Below are positions 1 through 11,879 of a DNA stretch of 64,000 bases, piece by piece. A program made the position numbers and the translations under genes. Positions within the stretch are counted from its first letter, which is position 1. The number at the start of each line of letters is the position of its first letter. Location: assembly GCF_006345805.1 (NCBI RefSeq), contig NC_043002.1:102486001-102550000 (forward strand). The letters are read 5' to 3'. Under the pieces are notes generated by a model. It did not search any database. It was not told the DNA's origin and saw only the letters and a program-made list of their open reading frames with translations. Origin of the DNA: Octopus sinensis (Eukaryota).

Positions 1-665
1 GTTATTTTTCTGCTACCAAATAAAGTATGGTGTTTGCACAATTCTATTTTACTACAAAAATAAAGTCGAAACGCGATCGAGGCTGCTCCTATGTGGGGCA
101 ACTCTGCCTGAACAATATGTCTTCCCCAGATCATAATGAGAAAATGTTTAAAATACATGGATTTCTCAACCTATCAAATCCACTAATGCTATTTTCACTT
201 AAGATGTCACGCTGTGATCCCGAACCCAGAACCACGAAGAAGAAAACTATTTACCACAGAGCCATTGTCGTATGTGTGAATACTTGCATACAAAAACACA
301 CACATATAAGATAATAATATAAAAGAATAAGGGAATTACTTCTACAAAGAATGGAATGCCTCTTAATGAATCTCGCACTACAGACTGACACAGTAGAATA
401 CTATATTTTATTTCTCCTCTAGAAACATTTAAATATCTCCAAAATTCTGATTCAAATATATTATATTGTGATATCTCCTTCAGAATGAGTGGAATGAGAT
501 TCATATAAACACTGAACAAATTGCATAATTCATCGTGAATATCATCCATACAAAATCGATGTTTTTTGATCGATCACACTGCTCTGATTTTGTATTTTCA
601 CTTTTTTTTTTTTTTGCCAGGATATGTATTTATCCCTTTAAACCCAACAATATTGGCATTGATAA

Positions 666-1195
666 AAGGCGCAAGCTGGCAGAAACGTTAGCACGCCGGG
701 CGAAATGCTTAGCCGTATTTCGTCTGCCGCTACGTTCTGAGTTCAAATTCCCCCGAAGTCGACTTTGCCATTCATCCTTTCGGGGTCTATAAATTAAGTA
801 CCAGTTCTGTACAGGGGGCGATCTAATCGATCTCCCCACACCTCAAGGTATTTAGTCTACCTTTACGTTGCTAGTTCAAATTCCGCCGAGGTTGACTTTG
901 CCTTTCAACCTTCCGGGATCGATAAATTAATTACCAGTTGAGTACTAGGGTCGATCTAATCGACTGGCACTCTCCTCAAAAATTTCGATCCTTGAATCTA
1001 GAGTTGAAAAGCATATTAGCCTTGATGAAAGCTGGCGATCTGGCGGAATTGTCGACACGCTCTGAATTCAAATTCCGCTTAGGTCAACTTTGTCTTTCGT
1101 CTTTTCAGGTGCGATAAAATAAGTACCAGTTGTTTACTGCCATCGATCTAATAGAATTCCTCCCCAAAACTTGTTGGACTTTCACCAAGTTTTGT
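666..1195 (+). mobile_element. Array of three SINE-B units (one with head, two partial or degenerate)
   Basis: Head aaggcgcaagctggcagaaacgttagcacgccgggcg and B-box-like gagttcaaattc. The body gactttgcctttca..gataaattaagtaccagtt..gtcgatctaatcga occurs three times (about 760, 890, 1085). The tail differs from the copies at 7852, 38502 and 47754. Confidence 0.85.
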
Positions 1196-1578
1196 GGTGA
1201 GCGAGGGTGTCAAAGACAAAGAAACACAGACATACAGATGTTTGAAGTCTGCTATTTATTCTATCGGTTACTTGTGCAAAGATACAGAAATATAAAAAGA
1301 GTAATTCCGGTTGAAAAGTGTTACGGGAAAGGCACAATGGCAACCGCAAACACACACACAAATATACATATATTAGGTTGTTTTAGGTTCAGTTTTAATA
1401 AAACATTTTACGTACCTCTGATGGGTTACTTTCTTCAGTGATAGAGTAGAAATTTATTATTCTTAAGGAAGAATATTGTGGACTGTGATTTTCAAGTGAA
1501 GCCTTCGTCGCACGTTGGCATAACTGACCAAAGTTTCGAAGTCATTGTAAGTGACAGAGTTAAATACTTATACATACG

Positions 1579-1612
<34 letters not shown>

Positions 1613-1702
1613 CACTCACACACACACATTTCTTTCCTTCCCTCAGTGTTTTTTAATACTTTACATGTGTCACGTCCTCACGTTTTTTCTTGCTTTTTCT
1701 GC

Positions 1703-1752
<50 letters not shown>

Positions 1753-1764
1753 GAAAAGCTCCCA

Positions 1765-1915
1765 CAGTTTTTTTTTCCTACCAAACTCCTTCACACAGCA
1801 TTGATGGAACCGGAAATATATTAAAACCGAATTGTGGCTCAATGTGCGATGCAGTAAAACTAAACTGGGTGGCCTAGCAAGCGATCTTCTTTTCTATGCA
1901 GCCATGTCGGCGCCG
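1765..1915 (-). mobile_element. Degenerate SINE-A 5' part
   Basis: cagtttt..ctaccaaactcc..cacagcattg..gcagccatgtcggcgcc aligns loosely to the reverse complement of the SINE-A head. Confidence 0.4.
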
Positions 1916-3586
1916 ATATCAAATGATATCATTTATATCATATTCCCGAGATTACAGCAATCAGTTAATAAAATACATTTCAGTTAAGTTTAAGTTAGAA
2001 ACCAAATTGGTGCTTAAGATTTAAGCAGTGTAGCAAGCAAAAATATTTTAAATCTGAAATCTTTTCGGTGTTCTACAAAAGATTGTGGGACGTTAATAGG
2101 TCGGACTCTGATTGGAAACAATGTTGTCGGTGAATATCGTCCTGTTATATACAGTTTGATCTATATATAACAGGAGACTGGCTCATATTATATTCAGCAC
2201 CAGCCATATACCAACGCTGTAATATATTTTATGTAGAAATATGGAAAAGTAATCCAGTCTAAATCAGATATGTTTAATGTTGTAGAAAATAGCATATCTG
2301 TGATTTGTGGACAATGGGAAAACATATATAAACATGGAATGCAAGACAACTCAGCGTAAAAGATTAAAAAATTAACAAAGAAGAAATAAGAAAGGAGAGG
2401 AAAAGTAAAGAGAGTGAGAAATGTGTGTATTGGGTAGACAAAACAATGGCCCCGGTACTGATTAGAGAAATCTAAAACAAAGAAATAATAGAACTGATAG
2501 CAGAGATTTATTTCTCGAAATAATTACTTGGAAATCTTTATGATAAAACACCTAAGAGAGTTCTAGACAAAAAGAAAACATATAAACAATGAATACAACA
2601 ACAGAAACAGCAGCAGGAGAGCATTTGTATAGACACCAACAACAATAACAACAATATTAAAAAGAGAAAGAACATCATTGAAGGTAATTGCAATGCGAGA
2701 TAGGAAACATTCTCTAGGCATATGACTGTAAAATCATCAAAGAGTTCAATAATATCAAGATTTGCAGCCGCGTTTGTTTTTGCAACACAAAGAACAGAAT
2801 AATAACAACGAGAAAAAACATCATCATCATCATCATCATAATCAACAGTGGTAATAACAAAATGATAAAAAAAAAAACACAACGAAAAACAAAACAAAAA
2901 CAAGGCAAAATAAACCAATGAAAAACAAAAAATAACAAATTTGAAACATCAAAATATCGCATTTAGAACTTATAGGGTGAAATGTGATTATAATTTTTGG
3001 ATTTATCCGAAGAGTTTGGCAAACTAGCAAGTTGTGTATGTAAAGAGAATCCTGTTAAAAATACACAAGTTGAGGAATGGGTGTGATAGGAAAGTAAATG
3101 CCGCTAAGTTGGCAACTTTCCTGCTAAAACACAGAGCAAATAGCAACATGCACTTTTGGGATGCTAAATATACAACTTTTGAATAAAGAGAAGAAACGTT
3201 ACACGGATTGAAAGTGTGCTAGGTGAGATAATGGAAAGCGAGATGATGAACAAACTGTTTCGAGAGTTTGGTATAGAAACAAATATATACAACAAACATA
3301 CGCAAACACACGCTAACACCTATGCATATAGAGGTATATGCAGACATAAACGAACACAATTGTCTTCTATACATGCATACCTATTTATCTATCTATCTCT
3401 CCATTTATCTATCTCTATACATTGCATGGACAGAGAGAAAAAAACTGTTTCCTTGCTGCAAACACAGCAATACTCACATATACACACGAATGTTTAATGT
3501 ATGTGATTGTCTATGTATGTATATATATAAATATATATATATACAGGTATTTATCTCTCAATCCATTTATCTCTCTCTCACTCTCG

Positions 3587-3643
<57 letters not shown>

Positions 3644-3911
3644 TCGTGCATTTATATACAGTCCTGTGTGTGTTGTATTCACAGATATTTGTGCTTTGTG
3701 TTTGCATTTGTTGTATAGATTACAGAATACACACAACGTGATATGTGCGAGTGTGTGTATATACATACATACATACATACATATCTCGGATTATATGCGT
3801 TCGGGCGAGTTTGTTCTTTTGGAAACCTTAGAAAGCCGATGACGGATGAGAGGAGGAAATATGTTTGAGAAGGAACTGTTGACAGTGGGGTTTGTGAGAT
3901 GAAAGTGTGTA

Positions 3912-3949
<38 letters not shown>

Positions 3950-4224
3950 TGGGCATAGTGAGAGTAAAATTCAAACAGAGAGGGTAAAAGCATTTGAGAT
4001 TTATATGAGAGGAATATTTCTATGAATAATAGATATATAGAGTGGAAATGAGCATTTTGAAATGGATATCTAGGAAACCGAGAGTATTGTAGATTATTTA
4101 GTGAGGAAAAAATCTAAGTGTAAGCGAACGTAACCATCACATTTGTAGAGTTAACACCTACACGATGTGATTCGATTTTGAGACATTTTGGTTATTCGTC
4201 TAAGTATTTTTTATTATATTATTC

Positions 4225-4628
4225 GGATCTTTTCGGTTTGAACGGCAGTTTTTAACATAATTTCTAGGTAACTAAAAAATTTTAAACTTCGTATACTGAT
4301 AGAATGTGTTTATGAAACACCTTTTTCTCTTGGCTTTATTGAAAAAATTCTATAGCTTGTAAGATATTTGTTGTTATTTTTCTTCAATTTCTACAATTTC
4401 AACCAATCACTGACGTCTATTGAGGTAAAAAACATTCTGGGCCGTATGAATATGTCCCTCGTGTAAGAAACAGATTGGGTTTATTTACATATGTGAAGGA
4501 AAAAAGATATCCCCCCCCCCTAACCAACCCCAACCCTAAAACAATAGATCGATATTAGGGTAATAATTATGGGTGACAATTTCATATGACACCGCTAGAA
4601 AAATCTGCCGTTCAAACCGAAAAGATCC
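4225..4628. mobile_element. Non-autonomous TIR DNA transposon (MITE, 404 bp), Merlin-like ends
   Basis: Perfect 24-bp TIR ggatcttttcggtttgaacggcag at both ends. 8-bp TSD tattattc at 4217-4224 and 4629-4636. GG termini plus an 8-bp TSD fit Merlin; hAT is not excluded. Confidence 0.9.
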
Positions 4629-5934
4629 TATTATTCTGTTCTCGATTCTTTCTATACACATTCACTTTTGTTTAAGGGAATGCAAGACAACTCAGTGTAT
4701 TTGTACAGCAGCAATAATAGACTGAAGTCGAACGAAGCGACACAAATAATTGGTAAGATAAAGAATGCAGAAATCGGTTTGGGATTTTTCATCTAAAAAG
4801 TATTTATTTTTATGTTAAATAAAGTTGTTACTACCAACGCCAAACGCCGAGATATTCAAAGGGTTTTCTTGTTGGACTGGCTATGGTAGTTGTGAGTTTG
4901 CTTTGATCGGGGTTTGCTGCTGCCGTTGACACACATACTTTTTGTGCTGTAACGTCGCTCTAGTCTGATGCCGGTTCACTATTACTGACTCCTGCCTGCT
5001 GGTGAATATACAGTGATGATTAGGGCCAGAAAAAGCGCGCCAAATATGAAATTGCTTTAGATTCAGTTCCGCACAAAGTCTTGAATGATCAGATTTAAAA
5101 AAAAATATGTGGGTTATATTTTAGCGAATCACGATCGTGTTATTAAGTGTACATTTTTTGCCATCGGATTCCATTCCTTAGATCCGTAGTTGCGAAACAG
5201 TACTGCTACATGTTCTTTTTTAAAAGTTCGGCACTTAATCTCTTAGTTTCTTTTGCCACATTGTTACGTGGAGGCAATAAATATCATTTGTCAAACAGTG
5301 AGGGAGAAACACACACAAACACACACATATACACACACACACACACTGGCGTGTGTATACCACAAGTTTACATAGTTTTCGCCTACCAAGTTCCCTTACA
5401 TGGCATTGATCAGCCATATTATCCGTGCAGTGGGATAGAACCGGATACCACGTGTGCGCAAAGCGAATTTCCCAATCAACGTTTTAATTGTTTTCTAAGT
5501 GATGTATAATTGTTGTGTTAATGACTATATACGTTATTACATCAAGCTATGTGTAAATCTAAAGGCGAGCGATTTGAATAAGTGTTAATCGACCAGCCTA
5601 ATTTTTCGCATATGAGATCGAATTATCTCCATGTCCTTCCTTGCATTTTATGAAACATTACACCATAACTAGAAAGGGATTTAGCTGGTTTGTCTAGCAG
5701 GTGTATGGACCTTCAAGACTTTCCTGTATTGTTTCGAGATCAAATCAACGTAATTAAGTTTCTGGTGTCGTACACTGACACAAATAAGGGAATAAAAATG
5801 CTTTATAAAAAGTCTTTCGTCTTTTATAATTTATTTGCTTCAATCACTGGACTGTGGCTATGCTAGGACACCGTCCGTGAGGGATCAGCTGAAAAAATCG
5901 GTCCCAGCACATATTTATATTTTTTCTATTTTTT

Positions 5935-6153
5935 TTCTTTTATTTGTTTCAGTCATTTGACTGCGGCCATGCTGGAGCACCGCCTTTAGTCGAGCAAATC
6001 GACCCCGTGACTTATTCTTTGTAGGCCCAGTACTTATTCTATCGGGTTCTTTTTGCCGAACCGCTAAGTTACGGGGACGTAAACACACAAGCATCGGTTG
6101 TCAAGCAATGCTACGGGGACACAGACACACAAGCACACATACATATATATATA

Positions 6154-6202
<49 letters not shown>

Positions 6203-6367
6203 TATGACATGCTTCTTTCAGTTTCCGTCTACCAAATCCACTCACAAGGCATTGGTCGGCCCGAGGCTATAGCAGAAGACACTTGCCCAAGATGCTACGC
6301 AGTGGGACTGAACCCGTAACCATGTGGCTGGTAAGCAAGCTACTTACCACACAGCCACTCCTGCGCC
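5935..6367 (-). mobile_element. SINE-A, full length (tRNA-derived head, internal microsatellite)
   Basis: Reverse complement reads ggcgcaggagtggctgtgtggtaag (A-box-like), then gggttcagtccc (B-box-like), gagtggatttggtagacggaaactg, a (TA)n tract, and ends ctccagcatggccgcagtcaaatgactgaaac. It matches the copies at 27975, 29641, 44657 and 48206. Confidence 0.92.
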
Positions 6368-7851
6368 TATATATTTATTTATTTTTGCAAAGCCTTGCAC
6401 ATACTTTATCGGTGTCCTTTCAAGACCCTCCAAATTACAGGGACATCAACAAACCAATAACAGTGGTCAAGCAATGGTAGGGACAAACAATGCGAACACA
6501 CATAGATACATAGGTGTAGGTATGTATGTATTCTATATAACAAGAAATTATATTTTTCTCTTCTAAAAGAAACAAAAGGTTTTATAGGACTGCAAATGAG
6601 ACGAAGATCAAGATGCATTGGTTACAGAACAAACGTTAAATTTCGGTCAACGACTTTACATACAACACCATCCCTCAAATATTTAATCATGTATAAAAAT
6701 CACCATGGTCTACTAACACATAAAAAAATATTACATATACATGAAATCACAGAAGGTAAAAATATATAATCGAATAAAATACAAATAGAACGATCAATCA
6801 AAAATATAAATACGACTAAAAATTCAAAAACTAGCAAAATACCTAATAGACAAATATAAAATAAGTAAAAGTTAAAAATAAAAATAAATATCCACCGACT
6901 AAAAATATTTTATCAGATGATTAAAATATTTTTTTTATCAATTCTTTTTTAATCAAATTTTTTTAATTAAATTTTTTTTCAAAATATTTGAAAAAAATAT
7001 TTTTCTTACCTCATACAAGTTCGTCCAAATTTCATCAGTAAACAGACATCCACGGGTCAAATTCACATCCATCTTGAAAAATGTATTTTATTCCCTCCAC
7101 TCAAGTACGTCCAAAAGTTCATAATAAACAGATAACAGCGGGCAAAATCAACATTCACATATATTTATGACCATTTCTGAAGCTCACAACCGCAGTTTAG
7201 GTACACTAACGTGCATCACCGCGATGAACCCCTCATTAGGATAAACAGGAAACAGAAGACAAGACAGATCAAATTTTTTTTAAGAAAACCTTATTACTGT
7301 AATGAAAAATATTATATAATTTAAAAGAAGACCCATAAATGGACAGGTCCAAATTTTCTAATAACAAGAAAAGTCTATTGCTAAACATTTAGACGACTGT
7401 AATTAACAGAAATTGAACCGTGCCGGTTTCAAATCCCCGTAACTCTAAACAATTTTATTAGATCTACTTTTATTTCTGTACACTTTCAAAAGTTCCTCGG
7501 CTCACAAAACTAGGAATTCTCCCATTCTGTTGCCACTTGCAGGAAACGTTAGCTAAGAGGTAACCGAACAAGTCTTGCGTGTAAGCAAAATTCTTGTAGA
7601 GCAGACCACCCAAAATCAGGCGTTTTACCTTTCATACAGCTAGCCATTGTTTGCCGGAACAGCTGGTACCGTAGTACATCTCCAGCGTTAGAAGCTTTGC
7701 AAAGGCGATGATGATGATGATAATGATGAAACGGACGAAAATTTCTCGTTCGTACGACGTCCAATTAGAAATACATCTCTGATTTTGCAAGAGAAGACGA
7801 AAAAATAATTTTTGTGATTTCGTGATTGTTTGAATCGTAGACGGTATGATT

Positions 7852-8084
7852 AAGGCGGCGAGCTGGCAGAAACGTTAGCACGTCGGACGAATTGCGTAGC
7901 CGTATTTCCTCTGCTGTTACGTTCTGAGTTCAAATTCCGCCGAGGTCGACTTTTCCTTTCATCCTTTCGGGGTCGATTAATTAAGTACCAGTTACGCACT
8001 GGGGTCGATGTAATCGACTTAATACCTATGTCTGTCCTTGTTTGTCCCCTCTGTGTTTAGCCCCTTGTGAGTAATAAAGAAATA
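7852..8084 (+). mobile_element. SINE-B, full length, probable 9-bp TSD
   Basis: Complete unit from aaggcggcgagctggcagaaacg to gtcccctctgtgtttagccccttgtgagtaataaagaaata. ggtatgatt is repeated at 7843-7851 and 8085-8093. Confidence 0.92.
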
Positions 8085-8229
8085 GGTATGATTTTGGCGC
8101 GCTTTTTACTGTGTGGGCGAACTATAACGATTACTAGTTAACAGGTGGCGAGTTAGTACGTGCTGGAAGCCGGTGTGAACAGGAGGTAAAAGCGAGCGGT
8201 CTTATGTAGTAGTAGTAGTAGTAGTAGTA

Positions 8230-8282
<53 letters not shown>

Positions 8283-8329
8283 CATTATTGGAGGGTCAAT
8301 CTCATGAATAATGCCGCTCCTGAATTATA

Positions 8330-8670
8330 GAGGAGGAAACCATTACCCATATTCCCACCAAACACACTAAACTTACCCGAAACCAATACAAGTTGTGGTG
8401 GCACGATCAGGTAGCGAAAGTGCTACACTGGAAGCTGTGCAAAGCAGTGAGGACTAGAGAAAGTCAAGATGTTATGAGCACAAAGTACAAAGAGTGTAGT
8501 TATGAGAGAAGTGTGAAATCCTCTTGGGTTTCCCAGACCAAACAGATCAGGTGATGGAGCATAACAAACTGGAGGTATTGGAGGTCGAGAAAATGTACAC
8601 AACATATGGTGTGTAGTTGATGTTGAATGCCACTTTGACCCACGAAGAGTCAAGAAGGAAGACAAATATG
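8330..8670 (+). mobile_element. R4/Dong-like non-LTR retrotransposon fragment (zinc knuckle to RLE region), decayed
   Basis: Translates with frameshifts to EETITHI..WHDQVAKVLHWKLCK..YEHKVQ..QTDQVMEHNKLEV..VVDV, matching the R4-clade HDxVAxxLHWxLC and WYEHxP motifs. Confidence 0.75.
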
Positions 8671-8676
8671 TATATA

Positions 8677-9313
8677 CTAGCAGTGTCGCCCGGCGTTGCT
8701 CGGGATTGTAAGGGAAATAACTATATAAGCATTTTTAGAGAGTTGTAGCCAAAAAATAGCAAAAAATGCATTAAAAATGGAAAAAATATGATGGTAATTT
8801 TTTTTTAAATCGTTGACTCATCGTAGACATTTTTAGAGAGTTACTTCCCTTATATAATAGCGAAAAAATGCATTAAAATGGAAAAAAAGCGATGGTAATT
8901 TTTTTTTTAAATCGTAGACTCATGTAGACGCTTTCTTAGCCATTTCTGTTTTGGTGTCTTCAAGCCATGAAGTCATTGTTCTAAAAGAACGCTGGTCTCC
9001 TTGACAACGCATTACGACGTTGATTTCCTTACACTCCCTTCCCCACAGGTGCAGGTGTGAGCGTGGACGCCAACTCCGCCGCCATCGACACACGAAAAAT
9101 TATGCATTAAAATGGAATAAAAAAATAATGTTAAATTATTTTTAAAATCGTAGACTCATCGTAGACGCGCGCTAATACTCAGACAGGCTCGATATGAATC
9201 GCGACTATAAGCTACCCGAATTTGGTTAAACTGCACCGCAAAATGTGGGAGTAGTTAGGAATCTAAATCGAAGGGGACAGACACTCACACAACTACAGTT
9301 TTATATATATAGA
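8677..9313 (-). mobile_element. Non-autonomous Helitron (637 bp)
   Basis: Minus strand starts A|TC at 9313 and ends with hairpin cccgagcaacgccggg, then CTAG|T at 8677. No TSD; inserted at an AT site. Contains three copies of a ~65-bp A/T-rich block (about 8760, 8865, 9100). Confidence 0.85.
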
Positions 9314-9319
9314 TATACA

Positions 9320-9925
9320 TAGCGCAGTAGTGGTGAGATGTGACAGCAAAGAAAAGCATACATTCACTCTCTGCATGCTATTAGACTCGGAAAGTTCGTG
9401 AGGAACCCATTGACCCAATTTGCTGACTTTTCCGATAGCACACAGGTCTCAATGAATGGTTGAATGACCAAATCCAAGCTTCTCTGCTAGTTCCTCAACA
9501 GTTACGATGAGATTTTGTTCCACCAGGGTTTTCAGGATGTCCTTGTCGAGTTCTACAGATCTTTCAGGATGAGTCTCGTCTTCTAGGCTGTAGTTTATGG
9601 CTCGGAATTTCTGGAACCACCATTGACACTGCCTTACGCTTATTGTCCAATCCCCATATACTGCATTAATATTTCTTGTACTTTCCGTTGCGTTGTTGTC
9701 TTTATTGAACTCATAAAGCAAAATATGCCAAATATGCTCCTTTGTTACTTCCAACATAGCTTTGAAATAAATAGCTGTTAAAATCGAAATGCACTCTTCA
9801 AAACTTGCACTATGAATAAGGACAAGATAAAATTACTACCTGCTTTTATAGCAAGTTAATATAAGTGGTTTATCCCATTCCCCTCTGACTTTTAGTTCAA
9901 GCTGTTGAAAAAACCGCATTATTAT
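9320..9925 (-). pseudogene. mariner transposase 5' fragment (HTH region to WVPHEL), truncated
   Basis: ORF 9449-9757 HIWHILLYEFNK..QWWFQKFR..LEDE..ELAEKLG is a mariner-type N-terminus. After an in-frame TGA it continues GKVSKLGQWVPHELSE, the diagnostic WVPHEL motif. The catalytic domain is missing. Confidence 0.92.
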
Positions 9926-9928
9926 ATA

Positions 9929-9960
<32 letters not shown>

Positions 9961-10173
9961 CACACACACTCTCTCTCTCACACACATGCACACATTTATA
10001 TTCTGTTATTCTTTTATATGTTTCAGCTTTGAGGTTGTGGCCATGCTGGATCATGTGTGTGTGTGTGTGTCTATCTGTCTGTCTGTCTGTATGTATATAT
10101 GTATATGTATGTGTGTGAACAATAATATTTTCAACAGATGTGTTGCAAATGTATCTGATTGTTCTCAAGCTTC

Positions 10174-10223
<50 letters not shown>

Positions 10224-10824
10224 ATGTACGTATATGTATGTATGTGTATGTATGTATGTATGTATGTGTGTATGTATGCATGTGTGTGTATGTATGTATG
10301 TGTGTGTGTATGTGTGTGTGTGTATGTATGTATGTATGTATGTATGTATGTATGAGTGTATGTTTACGTTATTACTAACACAAGCCACTACGGTTATTTA
10401 ATGTAAAGTCTTCCTCAAATGACTCTGTCGCTAATTTACGCTCTTCCAAGAACATTTTCACTCACTCTTATCTGTTAGCTTCCCATACATTTTACTCATG
10501 TATCTATCAGCGTGATAGACAGAAACAAATATTACATCTAGTTTCACTTTATTCGTTGCACACTGTGTGTGTGCGTTTGCGTGTGCTGTAAACCAGACTA
10601 AGAAAAGCATTTGACATACACACCTGAATGTGAGTTTTCTGTAAATTTTGCTTAATTGGAGTTTAAATTTTAAAAACTGGACCTGGCATGACGCGATGCA
10701 TTGTACTCTTAAAAATGGTAGGTAAATTGTAATTGAAGAAATCCTATATTGTAGATTTCTATAACTCCCAAAGGGAGGCAGATAAAATCTTCCTTTTATA
10801 ATAAGAGATATATATGTGTATATA

Positions 10825-10903
<79 letters not shown>

Positions 10904-11133
10904 TCCTCTTACTGCGATATTGCCTGGCTATGGAAATGAAGGAGATGAAGATAGTGCCAAACATTATTGGGACCTGGAGATAGTATCAGAATACATCAAC
11001 AGAAATATAAAGAAAATTAGAATAATCTCAAAAGTATTAGTTAGATAAAAAGAACACATAGTATGGTACCGTGAAAATAAGAAATAATGATAAAAACACA
11101 ACAAAAAAATAATAACCATAATAATAATAATAA

Positions 11134-11497
11134 GTAGCACTATGACCCGGCGTTGCCGGGTCATAGTGCTAGTGCATGCATATAAATCTTCGTGCGTGCG
11201 TACATACACGCGGGTATTGTCCAAATCTCCGCCCAATCACATACAGTAGCTGGCATTCAATTAGCGTATCAAGTTTCAGGCATTTTGATTGGGTTTTGGA
11301 TAGAAAATTCACAAAAAAGTCACTTCTATTGATTTTTTAATGGCTTTGCCTTGTGACTAGGGAAATGTAATGATGTGCACGACCACCCTTCGACGGTTTT
11401 AAATGACCATAGAAAGTAGGAGTTTTCTAACTGAAAAGTTATGGATTTGTATAAAGGACACACACACAGACAGGCATTTTGCCGTTTATATATACAG

Positions 11498-11498
<1 letters not shown>
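11134..11498 (-). mobile_element. Second non-autonomous Helitron family (365 bp) in (ATA)n
   Basis: Minus strand starts A|TCTGTATATATAAA at 11498. The other end is a perfect 17-bp-arm palindrome tagcactatgacccggc-gtt-gccgggtcatagtgcta (11135-11171) whose cccggcgttgc core is shared with the Helitron at 8677. The terminus reads CTAC rather than CTAG. Confidence 0.7.
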
Positions 11499-11565
<67 letters not shown>

Positions 11566-11639
11566 GAGAAAGTGGCAGATAATTGACTTTGCACCCTATT
11601 TACATTTGACCGATATTTGTCCTCATCTTGTTTGTTGTT

Positions 11640-11685
11640 AACACAACGTTTCGGCTGATATACCCTCCAGCATTCATCAGGTGTC
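11640..11685 (-). ncRNA. Minimal type I hammerhead ribozyme motif, Penelope-element type (probably degenerate)
   Basis: Minus strand: GACAC CUGAUGA AU GCUGG AGGGUAUA UCAGC C GAAA CGU U GUGUU. Stem I is GACAC/GUGUU (5 bp), stem II is GCUGG/UCAGC, stem III is reduced to palindromic ACGU, and the putative cleavage triplet is GUU. The first stem II pair is mismatched. Confidence 0.6.
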
Positions 11686-11744
11686 TTGGGGAAATTTCGA
11701 ACCTGGGTTCTCATTCCTAAGGTACTTTTTGAAGTTGTTGTAAT

Positions 11745-11779
<35 letters not shown>

Positions 11780-11879
11780 TACTACTACTACTACCATTAT
11801 TAATATTATTATTCAGGTCACTGCCTGTAGTTTTTGATAGAATTTCTCTCTACGCCTCCACTGAAGTCTAATGTCGGCT

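Noticed and set aside
2140-2175. 12-bp hairpin tcctgttatata/tatataacagga
   Set aside because: Short and half TA repeat; too small for a pre-miRNA and expected by chance in this composition.
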